DNA from: Candidatus Latescibacterota bacterium
Lineage (GTDB): Bacteria > Latescibacterota > UBA2968 > GCA-2709665
Length of the DNA stretch: 64,000 nt
Direction: 5' to 3'
Assembly (NCBI GenBank): GCA_965222075.1
Contig: OZ244937.1
Location: forward strand, 3,264,001-3,328,000
In this document: one piece after another, positions 1-9,571 of the stretch
Numbering within the stretch: the stretch's first letter is position 1
Layout: the number at the start of each line of letters is the position of its first letter
Notes under the pieces: generated by a model
What the model was told of the DNA's origin: nothing
What the model saw: the letters and a program-made list of their open reading frames with translations, nothing else
Database searches by the model: none
Program-made: the position numbers and the translations under genes

Positions 1-767
1 CCTTCGTAGTCCTTCTTGTGGAGGAGCGTCTGCGCAAAAAGGGGTAGCCCGCGTACGTCTGCCATACGGAAGGTGAGTTCTTCGACCTCTTTGTATTTCT
101 CCTGTTCGAGGAGGGCCAGGGCGAACTCATAGGCCGCCGTCTGGTCGGCCGGCCTCTGTTCGAGGTATTTCTGGTAGTAGATCATGGCCGCCAGGAGGTT
201 TTTCTGTTTCTGGTAGCTCTGCGCCAGTAAGAGGTAAGGCGGGGCATAGCCCGGATCTTGTTTGATGGCCCGGCCTGCTGCCTTTCTGGCCTTTGCGGTC
301 TTTCCCAGTTTTTGATGGGCCCGGGCCAGGAAGTAGAACGCCTCTGTATATGTAGAGTCGGTTTCCACGGCCGCCTGCAGGTGGGGCAAGGCCTCTTTGG
401 GGCGGTTTCTGAGTTCGAGAAAGACCCGGCCCAGACCGCAGCGCGCCACGGGGTGCGCCGCGTTTTGCTTTAAGACCTGCTCAAAGGCCACCGCCGCGCT
501 GTCGGCCTCGCCCAGACGGAGGTAGAGGAGGCCGATTCGGGTGCGCACCCGTTCGGGATCGGGGGCGTCTGGCAGGGCGGTTTTCAGATTTTGCACGACC
601 TCCCGGACCGTTTGGGCATCCCCGAGATTTTGCGCCTTCTGATAGAGCGAGTCGAGCTGCCCCTGCGCAGAAAGGGGCGCTCCTGTGGAGAGGCTCCAGA
701 CCAGGACGCCCAGGACGCCTGCCGACCTTCGCCACCGTTTTGATGTCGATCTTCTCTGTGTGTGCAT
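1..767 (-). CDS. Secreted tetratricopeptide-repeat (TPR) protein, partial (runs off left edge)
   Basis: Manual translation from ATG 767: MHTQRRSTSKRWRRSAGVLGVLVWSLSTGAPLSAQ (signal-peptide-like), then TPR-like helices (RIGLLYLRLGEADSAAVAFEQVLKQN; ARCGLGRVFLELRNRPKEALPHLQAAV). Open to position 1, so absent from the ORF track. Confidence 0.8.
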   Translation of the reverse strand, partial: MHTQRRSTSKRWRRSAGVLGVLVWSLSTGAPLSAQGQLDSLYQKAQNLGDAQTVREVVQNLKTALPDAPDPERVRTRIGLLYLRLGEADSAAVAFEQVLKQNAAHPVARCGLGRVFLELRNRPKEALPHLQAAVETDSTYTEAFYFLARAHQKLGKTAKARKAAGRAIKQDPGYAPPYLLLAQSYQKQKNLLAAMIYYQKYLEQRPADQTAAYEFALALLEQEKYKEVEELTFRMADVRGLPLFAQTLLHKKDYE

Positions 768-810
768 GTCATTCCCCTTTAGATATGATCGTTTCACCCG
801 TCCATCCTTT

Positions 811-837
811 TACGCCGATGCTCCCAAAATCGTTTCA
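811..837 (-). promoter_or_regulatory. ECF-sigma-type promoter TGAAAC-N17-CGTA upstream of the TPR gene
   Basis: Minus strand reads TGAAAC gattttgggagcatcgg CGTAAA; resembles SigW-like ECF promoters. Confidence 0.5.
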
Positions 838-1067
838 GATTTCTCAGGCCTTTCGATCTCCCGTTTCTCCTTCCCTTGTCCCTTGAATCCGTTAAATAAG
901 TATGTAATTCCCAAAATATACATAAATTTCGTTTGGAAAGGGGCAAAAGGTGTCCGATTCTCTCCAACCCTCCCTTCAGCCTTCCCGCCGATGCGCTGTT
1001 ACGAACGGGAGCTCCTCCTCAGGGAGAGAGAATACGGTTGAGCGCCTGCCTTTGAGTGCCTTTTCGC

Positions 1068-1096
1068 TTGACTTGTAGAAGGGGAACCTTTATTTT
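1068..1096 (+). promoter_or_regulatory. Sigma70-type promoter TTGACT-N17-TATTTT
   Basis: 17-bp spacing; about 30 nt upstream of the PTS IIA start, which has a GGAGGAG RBS. Confidence 0.5.
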
Positions 1097-1128
1097 CGCT
1101 TCTTTCAGGCAGCACCGGGAGGAGCCTT

Positions 1129-1590
1129 ATGACGCTGATGGAAATCTTATCAGGCAAGTCGGTTATTGTGGGTTTAAAGGGCCAGAATAAGCGAGAGATC
1201 TTAGAAGAGCTCGTGGATGTTGTGGACGAGGATAAGGTTACCGACCGCCAGAAGATCTTAGAGGCCATGCTTCAGCGTGAGGAGATTATGAGCACCGGCA
1301 TCGGGCACGGCATTGCCATTCCCCACGGCAAATCGGAATATGTGGCCGGGCTGAGCGGTGCGCTGGGCATCAAGCGGGAGGGGGTCGATTTTGACTCCTT
1401 AGACGGAAAGCCGACATTTATCTTTTTCCTGCTGGTATCTCCCATGGATGTCTCGGGTCCCCACATCAAGGCCTTAGCGCGGATCTCCCGCCTCCTGAAG
1501 GGAGAGGACTTTCGACAGCGCCTGATTGTCGCGGAAAACCGGGAGGCGGCGATCGCCATTCTCGAAGAGGAGGAGAAGCTCCACATCTGA
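1129..1590 (+). CDS. PTS sugar transporter subunit IIA (fructose/Ntr-type EIIA domain)
   Basis: RE..MSTGIGHGIAIPHGK phospho-His motif; GVDFDSLDGKP; HIKALARISRLL. Confidence 0.92.
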   Translation: MTLMEILSGKSVIVGLKGQNKREILEELVDVVDEDKVTDRQKILEAMLQREEIMSTGIGHGIAIPHGKSEYVAGLSGALGIKREGVDFDSLDGKPTFIFFLLVSPMDVSGPHIKALARISRLLKGEDFRQRLIVAENREAAIAILEEEEKLHI

Positions 1591-1624
1591 AAATCCAACA
1601 GGTCTGTGACTTAGACGGTCAGGC

Positions 1625-1658
1625 GTCTGCTTGCATATTCGGAAGCAGACTTTTTTTT
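1625..1658 (+). terminator. Rho-independent terminator
   Basis: GTCTGCTT-N10-AAGCAGAC followed by T8. Confidence 0.75.
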
Positions 1659-1729
1659 GCCTGGAATGGGTTTAATTTGTATATTCTGCGTGGTGACTTT
1701 AGAATCAACGATCTGAAGCGTTATACCCC

Positions 1730-3817
1730 ATGTTCGGACTCAGTTTTTCCAATCCGGCGATGCTGCACGGCCTCTGGGCCGCGATGCTGCCCCTGGTTAT
1801 CCATCTGCTGAACCGCCGACGCACGGTGACGGTTGCGTTTAGCAATGTCGCCCTTTTGCAGTCCCTTCAGTACGACCGGATGCGGCGGGTGAAGCTGAGG
1901 CAGATCCTCCTGCTGGTCCTGCGGACGCTCCTGATCCTGCTGGTCGTGCTCGCCTTTGCGCGGCCCACCCTTCGAGGGTCGGAAGCAGGGGGGGCAGGTG
2001 GAGCCCGGACGTCTGCGGCACTCCTGCTGGATCGTTCCTTAAGCATGAGGCATCGGACGCCTGAGGGGACGCTGTTCGAGCGTGCCCGGGCGCGGGTGCG
2101 AGAGGCCCTGGATCTGTTTGACGCCCGGGATGATGTCACCCTCTTCCTGGTCGATGATCGAATGGAGGCCTTTGATTTCGCCGGTGGCGAGCGTTTGAAA
2201 CCCCGCCTGGAGGCCCTGCAACCCACGTTTCGGGGGTCGGATCTGAGGCCGGGCTTAGAGGGGGCCCTCAAGCAACTTGGCGGCTCGGAGATGCTCAACC
2301 GGGAACTCTATCTGTTTACCGATCTGGCCAGAAACGGATGGGCGGCTCTGCCGGATAGTTTGCCGAACCTTCAGGGGGTGTCGGTCTTTTTGATCCCGGA
2401 ACGCCCGCTGCATGTGAACAATCTGGGGGTGCGCCGGGCAGGGCCGGCCGGACAGATTCTGACGGTGGGCAGCCCCGCCACCCTGGATGTCGAACTGATC
2501 AACTACGGTGAGACCACCCGGCCGGAGGTCCCGATGCAGGTCTACCTGGGGGAGCGCCGGATTGCCCAGCAGGTGGTCCATCTGGTTGGGGAGGGAGCAA
2601 GGCGGCTCTACATTCGCTTTACGCCCGACACAGGGGGGGCGATTCCACTTCGAGTCGAGATTGGGGATGACGATTTGAAGGCGGACAATCTCTATACCTC
2701 GGTCCTGAATATCCCCGAGCGGGTACGGGTGCTGCTGGTGGGCGAAGTCCCGGAAGATACCTACTACTTGGAACAGGCCCTCCTGGCAGCTTCAGACCTG
2801 CGGGGGACGGTGGTGGTGCAGCAAACGCACCCAGGTGCGCTTACGCCCGACGCGCTGGGGACGGCCGATGTGATTATGCTGTGCAACCTTTCCCGCCTCT
2901 CCCACGGCCCCTTAGCGGCCCTGAAGCGGCGGGTGGAGGGGGGCGCAGGGTTGATGATCTTCCTGGGCGATCGGGTGGACGTCCGCCACTATAACGATCG
3001 GCTGCTGCCGTCCCTGTTTCCGGCTTCGCTGGTTTCGGTAACAGGGACGCCCGGGCAGACGGTGATCTACCATACCCTGCAGACGCCCCTGCCGGATCAC
3101 CCCCTGTTCCAGGGGACGGTCGGGGACGGCAGGTTTCGAAGTCCGCACTTTTACGCTTATTACCGGGTGCGTTTGAGCGGAGCGGCGCAGCCGGTTGTTG
3201 CGTTCAGCACCGGTTCGCCGGCCCTGGCAGAGGGACAACTGGGTGCCGGGCGGGTGGTCTTTTTTGCGTCGAGCGTTCAGATGGATTTAACCTGGACCGA
3301 TCTGTCTCTCACCGGGCTTTTTATTCCCCTGGTACACCAGCTTTCCCGCTATTTAGCCGCGGGGGCCTTTGGGAATGCCGATTATGCGGCCGGGAAGGTG
3401 GTGTACCGGGACATTCGCGGGGTTCAGGCCAGGGAGGCGCTGCTGCGTCCACCCCAGGGCGAAACGCGGTTGATCTGGCCTGAACAGCGGGGGGCCCGGC
3501 CGGTTTGGCCGGTGGGAGAGGTCGACGTTCCCGGCCTGTGGGAGATCTATGCGCAAGAGCGTATCGCCGACCGATTTGCCGTCCATATTCCGGAGGATGA
3601 GCCGGACCTCACGCCGGTGCCGCCAGAGCGCCTGAAGGGCCTTTTTGCGGGCGCCCAGGTTCGGGTTGTAGAGCCGGAGGAGGCCCTTGCCGAGGGGGTC
3701 CTGGAACAGCGCCTCGGCCGGGAACTCTGGCGGGCCACGCTGGGCCTGGCGCTTTTGCTGATGGCGGCCGAGATGCTGATTGCCCGGTCTGTGCGAACAA
3801 AACCGCAGGGAAAGTAG
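1730..3817 (+). CDS. BatA N-terminal / VWA domain membrane protein with Ig-like and GATase1-like regions
   Basis: FSNPAML..LPLVIHLLNRRR...LLLVLRTL...AFARP (BatA-type double TM); LLDRSLSM MIDAS; FTD; C-terminal RELW...LLMAAE TM. Confidence 0.85.
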   Translation: MFGLSFSNPAMLHGLWAAMLPLVIHLLNRRRTVTVAFSNVALLQSLQYDRMRRVKLRQILLLVLRTLLILLVVLAFARPTLRGSEAGGAGGARTSAALLLDRSLSMRHRTPEGTLFERARARVREALDLFDARDDVTLFLVDDRMEAFDFAGGERLKPRLEALQPTFRGSDLRPGLEGALKQLGGSEMLNRELYLFTDLARNGWAALPDSLPNLQGVSVFLIPERPLHVNNLGVRRAGPAGQILTVGSPATLDVELINYGETTRPEVPMQVYLGERRIAQQVVHLVGEGARRLYIRFTPDTGGAIPLRVEIGDDDLKADNLYTSVLNIPERVRVLLVGEVPEDTYYLEQALLAASDLRGTVVVQQTHPGALTPDALGTADVIMLCNLSRLSHGPLAALKRRVEGGAGLMIFLGDRVDVRHYNDRLLPSLFPASLVSVTGTPGQTVIYHTLQTPLPDHPLFQGTVGDGRFRSPHFYAYYRVRLSGAAQPVVAFSTGSPALAEGQLGAGRVVFFASSVQMDLTWTDLSLTGLFIPLVHQLSRYLAAGAFGNADYAAGKVVYRDIRGVQAREALLRPPQGETRLIWPEQRGARPVWPVGEVDVPGLWEIYAQERIADRFAVHIPEDEPDLTPVPPERLKGLFAGAQVRVVEPEEALAEGVLEQRLGRELWRATLGLALLLMAAEMLIARSVRTKPQGK

Positions 3818-3929
3818 AGGCAACCCGCAATTCTATTTGGAATCGGCACCTGCCGCCCATCCCCGAAGGACAAAGCGAAACTGGATAGAATATAAGATAT
3901 TATTTTAAAACAGCTTAAAGGTTTTTCCC

Positions 3930-3958
3930 TTGACTTTTTTTGGATGTGCTCGTATTTT
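3930..3958 (+). promoter_or_regulatory. Sigma70-type promoter of topA, TTGACT-N17-TATTTT
   Basis: Same boxes and spacing as the PTS IIA promoter; AT-rich upstream element at 3886-3910. Confidence 0.5.
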
Positions 3959-4132
3959 TGGGTTGAAAATGTGTTATCCGGTTTTGTTTTTACACTCTGG
4001 GACTGGCTCTTCAGGAGGGGACGTTCTCCTATCGGCGACGTTCAATCGGTATCTTGGAATCGCGATGAGCCACTTGACGGTGCCTGTTGGAGTGGCTTGT
4101 TGTTTTGTTGACAGCTTCTTTAAGGAGTAGAT

Positions 4133-6388
4133 ATGCCAGACGCCCTTGTGGTGGTTGAATCGCCCGCCAAGGCCAAGACCATCAACAAGCTCCTGGGGAA
4201 AGATTACCTCGTGGTGGCCTGTATGGGGCACGTGCGCGATCTGCCCCCGAAGGAGCTCGGGATCGATATCGAGAAGGGCTTTCGTCCCAGCTACAGGACC
4301 ATCCGGGGAAGGGGGAAGGTGCTGCAAAAATTGCGCTCTGCGGCCAGATCGGCCGGGAGGGTCTACCTGGCGACCGACCCCGACCGGGAGGGGGAGGCCA
4401 TTGCCTGGCACGTGGCCCACGATCTGGGCAAACATGCCCCAGAGATCCACCGGGTGATGTTCAATGAGATCACGAACCGTGCGGTGACGGAGGCCGTTGC
4501 CCATCCGGGCAAGATCAACCTGCACAAGGTGAATGCCCAGCAGGCCCGGCGCATCCTGGACCGGCTGGTGGGCTACAAGATAAGTCCGTTTCTGTGGAAG
4601 ACGATTCACGGCGGCCTGAGCGCGGGGCGGGTGCAATCGGTGGCGCTGCGGCTGATCTGTGAGCGTGAGTCGGAGATCGAGGTATTTGTTTCTCAGGAGT
4701 ACTGGACGGTAGACGCCTCGTTGCAGGCATCCGACACCGAGCCCTTCAAGGCGCGTCTGGTCAGGTTTGAGGGGAACAAGCTGGAGATTTCTGACCAGGC
4801 GGAGGCCGACCGGGTTGTGGCCGACCTTCGCGTTGCGGCTACCTCGGAGGAGGGATACCGGATTGAGAAGGTGAGCCGGCGGGAACAGCGGCGGAATCCC
4901 CCTCCTCCCTTTATTACCAGCACCCTGCAGCAGGAGGCCGCCCGGCGGTTTCGGTTTACGGCCCGCAAGACGATGGTGGTGGCCCAGCAGCTCTACGAGG
5001 GGATCGAGGTCGGAGGCGAGACCACGGGCCTGATTACGTATATGCGGACCGATTCGACCCGTCTGGCGCCCGAGGCCGTGAAGGATGCCCGTGCGTACAT
5101 TCATAAACGTTTCGGACCGGACTACCTGCCTAAGAGACCCAGGGCCTATCGGAAAGGGAAGGGGGCGCAGGATGCGCACGAAGCGATCAGGCCCACCGGG
5201 ATCAAGCGCCCTCCGGAGGCGGTGGAGGCTTACCTGACCCCGGAACAGCGCCGACTCTACCGGTTGGTCTGGGATCGGTTTATCGCCTGCCAGATGTCGC
5301 CGGCGGTTTTCGACCGGACCACGGTCGATATTGTCGCAGGAGACTACGGGTTGCGCGCAACCGGTTCTATCCTCAAGTTCCCCGGGTTCACCGTCCTGTA
5401 TACCGAGGGCACGGACGATGAGCAGGCGGAGGTCCAGGAGCGTCTGCCGGATTCCCTCAAGGAGGGGGATCGTCTGACGCTGCTGGACCTTTACCCGGAA
5501 CAGCATTTTACCAAACCGCCTCCCCGCTATTCCGATGCGACGCTGGTGAAGGAACTGGAGACGCAGGCGATCGGACGGCCAAGCACGTACGCTCAGATTA
5601 TCAGCACCCTGCTGGACCGTGAGTATACAAGCAGGAATCGGGGCCGGTTTTCGCCGACGGAACTGGGAAAGACGGTCAATAAAATTCTGGTGCAGGCCTT
5701 TCCCGATATCTTTAATGTGGATTTTACCGCCCGGATGGAGGACGAACTCGACCGGGTGGAAAGCGGCAGTTCCGACTGGGTGAAGGTGATCGAAGGGTTT
5801 TACGGCCCCTTTTCTAAAGACTTGGACCAGGTGGAGACCCGGCAGGCCGAGCTGAAACAGTCTTTGCAGGAAGAGACCGATGAGGTCTGCGAAAAGTGCG
5901 GCGAAAAGTTGGTGATTAAGTGGGGGCGAAACGGGAAATTTATGGCCTGTTCGGGGTTTCCCAAATGCAGAAACACCCGACCGCTTGATGGGGAGGCCCA
6001 GCCGGAACCAACGGGAGAGGTGTGTAAAAAATGCGGGGCCAAGATGGTCATCCGGACGGGCCGCCACGGGCGGTTTATGGCCTGTTCGGCCTATCCCGAA
6101 TGCAAAAATACCCGGCCGGTTTCGCTGGGGGTGCCCTGTCCCTACGAAGGGTGCCGGGGCGAACTGGTGGAGCGCAGCAGCAAGCGCGGCAAGACGTTCT
6201 ACAGCTGCAGCACCTACCCCAAGTGCGAGTATGCAACCTGGGATCGGCCCTTGAACCAGAGGTGTCCTGTTTGCAACGGCCCCTTCTTGGCCCAACAGAC
6301 CGGCCGGCGGGGAGAGACCACCCTTAAATGCTTAAAGTGCAGGCAGGAGGGTTCGCCGGAAGCTGTTTCTGACCAAGGTCGGGGCTGA
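4133..6388 (+). CDS. topA: DNA topoisomerase I with C-terminal Zn ribbons
   Basis: LVVVESPAKAKTI, ATDPDREGEAIAWH, SAGRVQS, LITYMRTDS (catalytic Tyr), AQDAHEAIRPT, GRPSTYA; C4 repeats such as CSGFPKC. Confidence 0.98.
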   Translation: MPDALVVVESPAKAKTINKLLGKDYLVVACMGHVRDLPPKELGIDIEKGFRPSYRTIRGRGKVLQKLRSAARSAGRVYLATDPDREGEAIAWHVAHDLGKHAPEIHRVMFNEITNRAVTEAVAHPGKINLHKVNAQQARRILDRLVGYKISPFLWKTIHGGLSAGRVQSVALRLICERESEIEVFVSQEYWTVDASLQASDTEPFKARLVRFEGNKLEISDQAEADRVVADLRVAATSEEGYRIEKVSRREQRRNPPPPFITSTLQQEAARRFRFTARKTMVVAQQLYEGIEVGGETTGLITYMRTDSTRLAPEAVKDARAYIHKRFGPDYLPKRPRAYRKGKGAQDAHEAIRPTGIKRPPEAVEAYLTPEQRRLYRLVWDRFIACQMSPAVFDRTTVDIVAGDYGLRATGSILKFPGFTVLYTEGTDDEQAEVQERLPDSLKEGDRLTLLDLYPEQHFTKPPPRYSDATLVKELETQAIGRPSTYAQIISTLLDREYTSRNRGRFSPTELGKTVNKILVQAFPDIFNVDFTARMEDELDRVESGSSDWVKVIEGFYGPFSKDLDQVETRQAELKQSLQEETDEVCEKCGEKLVIKWGRNGKFMACSGFPKCRNTRPLDGEAQPEPTGEVCKKCGAKMVIRTGRHGRFMACSAYPECKNTRPVSLGVPCPYEGCRGELVERSSKRGKTFYSCSTYPKCEYATWDRPLNQRCPVCNGPFLAQQTGRRGETTLKCLKCRQEGSPEAVSDQGRG

Positions 6389-6490
6389 AGAGTCCTGATT
6401 TTAATGTTTCAAGTTCCAAATGCCAAGTTTCCCACATCTCCTCCCCGGGAAGAAGCTCCGAACGGGACGATTTGACCGCTGCTTGCCGAG

Positions 6491-7396
6491 GTGCCCCCTA
6501 TGCAGTGCGCTGTCGCGGAATTTTTGACCCATCTTTCCCGAGAACGGCGTCTTTCCTCCCACACCTGTCGTGCCTACCAGACCGATCTCAATCAGTTTCA
6601 GGCATTCCTGCAGAGGCGTTGGGAAGGCGGCCCTCTGGATCTGAAACGGGTGTCGCGGGATGACATCCGGGCCTTTCTGGGGGACCTGAACCAGTTGGGA
6701 TTCGGCCGGCGGTCGATTGCCCGCAAGCTGGCCTCTCTGCGCACCTTTCTGTCCTATTTATGCCTTACGGGCCGTCTGGAACAGAATCCGGCGCACCAAG
6801 TGGGTCCTCCCAAGCAAGAGAAATCCCTTCCGGCGCACCTGGACCTCGCAGAGGCAGAGCGGGCCGTAGAGGCGCCCCCTCCAAATACGCTCCTGGGGTT
6901 ACGGGACCGGGCCATTCTGGAACTGCTCTACAGTTCCGGGATCCGGCTGCGCGAGCTGGTGGGGTTGACGCTGGATGCCATCGACTTGGAGGGCGGGTTG
7001 GTTCGGGTGCAGGGCAAGGGGGGGAAGGAACGGCTGGTGCCGATTGGTCGGAAGGCCAGAGAGGCGCTCTTAAACTACCTGCAGCGGCGTGCGGAGTTCC
7101 CCGCGTCCGAAGCGGACCGCGGGCGGGTTTTTCTGAGTCGGTCTGGCCGTGCCCTCACCCCCAGCGGCGTTCAGCACCGGGTGGTGCGGTACCTGGCCGG
7201 GGTTACGGGAGGGCGCCGGCTGGGCCCCCACACCCTCCGGCATACCTTTGCCACCCATCTGTTAGATGCAGGCGCAGATTTGAATGCGGTCAAGGAAATG
7301 CTGGGGCACGCAAGCCTTTCCACGACGCAGATCTACACCCATATAAGCGTAGAGCGGCTCAAGAAGGCCTACCGGCAGGCCCACCCAAGAGCGTAA
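6491..7396 (+). CDS. xerC: Tyrosine recombinase XerC-like
   Basis: RDRAILELLYSSGIR, GKGGKER, PHTLRHTFATHLL, LGHASLSTTQIYTH, AHPRA end; follows topA. Confidence 0.9.
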   Translation: MPPMQCAVAEFLTHLSRERRLSSHTCRAYQTDLNQFQAFLQRRWEGGPLDLKRVSRDDIRAFLGDLNQLGFGRRSIARKLASLRTFLSYLCLTGRLEQNPAHQVGPPKQEKSLPAHLDLAEAERAVEAPPPNTLLGLRDRAILELLYSSGIRLRELVGLTLDAIDLEGGLVRVQGKGGKERLVPIGRKAREALLNYLQRRAEFPASEADRGRVFLSRSGRALTPSGVQHRVVRYLAGVTGGRRLGPHTLRHTFATHLLDAGADLNAVKEMLGHASLSTTQIYTHISVERLKKAYRQAHPRA

Positions 7397-7436
7397 AGTC
7401 GGGGGTCTGGATTCAGGAATCAGGGAAAAGCAACCG

Positions 7437-9173
7437 ATGGACACAGGTGGACACAGACCTGTCTGTGCCAAGCCGGCAGACAGGTGGGCAAAGGGCGCGG
7501 TGGCAGCCGCGCTTGTTTTATTCGCAGCCTGCGCCCGGCAGGCACCACCGCCGGGGGGGCCGCCCGACAGAACCCCGCCAGGGGTGGTGTGGACGGTTCC
7601 GGCGGCTGATTCGGCGGGGGTCGGTCCGAAGACGAGCATCCGGATCGGGTTTAGCGAAGCGATGGACCGGCGCTCGGTTGAGCGGGCGGTATTTATCTCT
7701 CCCCGATTCTCCAGGGAGCCCGATTTTCGGTGGCACGGCCAGGAACTGGAGGTCCGGCCGTCCGAGGACCTCCGGCCCGACCGGACCTATCTGATCACGG
7801 TGGGGGCCGAGAGCGCCGATGAGGCGCGCAATCGGATGGTTGAGTCTTACAGTTTCGCGTTTGCCACCGGGTTGACCCTCAATCGGGGGGAGATCGTGGG
7901 GCGCGTTTTTTCACCTCTGGAGGGGCCATCGGGGCAGACCTACGTTTGGGCCTACGAATTGCCGGAGGGGGAGGGCCCCGATCCGGCAAGCGATCCGCCC
8001 GCCTATGTCACCCAGCCGGGTGCAGGGGGGGACTACCGGTTCCCCCGTCTGGGGCCGGGCCGGTACCGGATTTTTGCGTTTGAAGACCGCAACGGGAATC
8101 AGGCCTACACCCCGGGGACCGATCCCTTGGCTGTCCCTCCGGCCGAACTTCCCCTCCTCAAGGACGCCGACCGGGTGCGCCTGGGGTCCCTCAAGATGGC
8201 CCTGCGGGATACGATACCGCCCCGCTTCTTGTCGGGGCGGACGCCGGATGGGAGGCACTTTTTGCTCCGTTTTGACGAGCCGGTAAGCCCGCCTGCGAAG
8301 ATGCACGTTAAGGGCCCCGAAGGCCTGCTGAAGGTGCTGGCCCTGACTTGCGATCCGGGCGATTCGAGCCGGGTGTGGCTCTTGACAGCCCCTCAGAAGG
8401 CCGGGGCCGATTACCGGATCGATCTGGGAGGGATTAGAGATCGAGCCGGCAACAGGATTCCCGCCGGCGTGGAGGTCCAGGTAAAAGGCGATGGAGCGCC
8501 CGACCGCCGGGCGCCCACGTCGGTCTCCCATTTCCCTGCGCTTGAGGCCCGCTACATCTCCCCTGATGCACCCCTTCTGATCGATTTCAGCGAGGCGATG
8601 GCGGCTGTTGTTCCGGTCGATTTCTGGGTCTTTTCCGACAGTACGGTTGCGCCGGCCGGGCATTTTTCCTGGACCGCCCCCAACCGGCTGCGGTTTACAT
8701 CGGCCACACCCTGGTCCCCCGGAGAGACCTACCGCCTGCTGGGCCGTCTGGAGGGGCTTGCGGACCCTTCCGGGAATGCCCTGGAGACGCCCCTTGCGTT
8801 TAAGTTCACGGTTTCCGCTTTGGAAGATCTGGGCGATTTAAGCGGCGCTGTTGTTCCTGCCGATGCGACGGTTGTGATTGAGGCCCGGCGGCTTTCGCCT
8901 CCAGAGCGGGCCTATGAGGCGGAGGTGGCGCCGGGCGATTCCCTCTACGCCCTCATCGGGCTTATCCCGGGGCGCTACCAGGTCACCGGTTTTCTGGATC
9001 GGGACGGGGATGGACACTGGTCGCCGGGAGAGCCCCGACCCTTTATGCCCGCCGAGCCGCTAACCGATCTGCCGGATACGCTGGAGGTCCGCCCCCGCTG
9101 GGACATGGAATCGGAGCGGCGGTTGCGCACAGAGGCCTGGTATCCGCTATCTGAGCCCCCCCCGGAGGACTAA
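7437..9173 (+). CDS. Ig-like (Big_5) domain lipoprotein
   Basis: Lipobox-like FAAC followed by ARQAPPPGGPPDRTPP; FSEAMD and FDEP Ig motifs. Start codon uncertain. Confidence 0.8.
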   Translation: MDTGGHRPVCAKPADRWAKGAVAAALVLFAACARQAPPPGGPPDRTPPGVVWTVPAADSAGVGPKTSIRIGFSEAMDRRSVERAVFISPRFSREPDFRWHGQELEVRPSEDLRPDRTYLITVGAESADEARNRMVESYSFAFATGLTLNRGEIVGRVFSPLEGPSGQTYVWAYELPEGEGPDPASDPPAYVTQPGAGGDYRFPRLGPGRYRIFAFEDRNGNQAYTPGTDPLAVPPAELPLLKDADRVRLGSLKMALRDTIPPRFLSGRTPDGRHFLLRFDEPVSPPAKMHVKGPEGLLKVLALTCDPGDSSRVWLLTAPQKAGADYRIDLGGIRDRAGNRIPAGVEVQVKGDGAPDRRAPTSVSHFPALEARYISPDAPLLIDFSEAMAAVVPVDFWVFSDSTVAPAGHFSWTAPNRLRFTSATPWSPGETYRLLGRLEGLADPSGNALETPLAFKFTVSALEDLGDLSGAVVPADATVVIEARRLSPPERAYEAEVAPGDSLYALIGLIPGRYQVTGFLDRDGDGHWSPGEPRPFMPAEPLTDLPDTLEVRPRWDMESERRLRTEAWYPLSEPPPED

Positions 9174-9175
9174 CC

Positions 9176-9568
9176 GTGTCGGTTCCTCACAAACGCCGTA
9201 TTTCGGTTCCGCAGGCGGTTGTTGCCGGCCTCTTGCTGCTGATTCTCTTTACCCTGCTGGTCTACCGGTTTACCTCCCGTTCTGTCGCCGATGAAGAACG
9301 CGCACGCGCACGCATCACGCTCCGGACGATCTACCGGCTCCAGCAGGCCTACTTTGGGGAATACGGAACTTATTTGCCAATAGATCGTGAAAAAAACAGA
9401 GAAATTCTGAAGTTGAACGATGTGCCGGGACAGTTCCGGTACCAGGTGGTAGTCGCAGACTCCGCGTTCGTCGCTGTTGCCCAGGCCGACCTGGACGGTG
9501 ACGGCGAAGTTGAGGTCTGGCAGATCGATCAGAGGCATCTCGAACCGTTCCTCAAAAGACAGGATTGA
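9176..9568 (+). CDS. Type IV pilin-like protein
   Basis: N-terminal hydrophobic helix; ARITLRTIYRLQQAYFGEYGTY and A.ADLDGDG...WQID are pilin-like. Confidence 0.65.
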   Translation: MSVPHKRRISVPQAVVAGLLLLILFTLLVYRFTSRSVADEERARARITLRTIYRLQQAYFGEYGTYLPIDREKNREILKLNDVPGQFRYQVVVADSAFVAVAQADLDGDGEVEVWQIDQRHLEPFLKRQD

Positions 9569-9571
9569 GCC

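Noticed and set aside
3880-3917. AT-rich tract with partial similarity to dif arms (ACTGGATAGAA; TTATTTTAAAA) near xerC
   Set aside because: The arms do not fit the 11-6-11 spacing, and it lies at the topA promoter far from the skew switch; more likely an UP/IHF-like element.
3974-6295. 773-aa ORF antisense to topA (likewise 38954-40432, 32420-34420, 20602-21909 and similar long overlapping ORFs)
   Set aside because: Shadow or alternate-frame ORFs expected in high-GC coding DNA; no motifs, and they overlap well-supported genes.
6491-7396. Tyrosine recombinase as a prophage or island integrase
   Set aside because: Size, motifs and position after topA fit housekeeping XerC; no att sites or phage genes.
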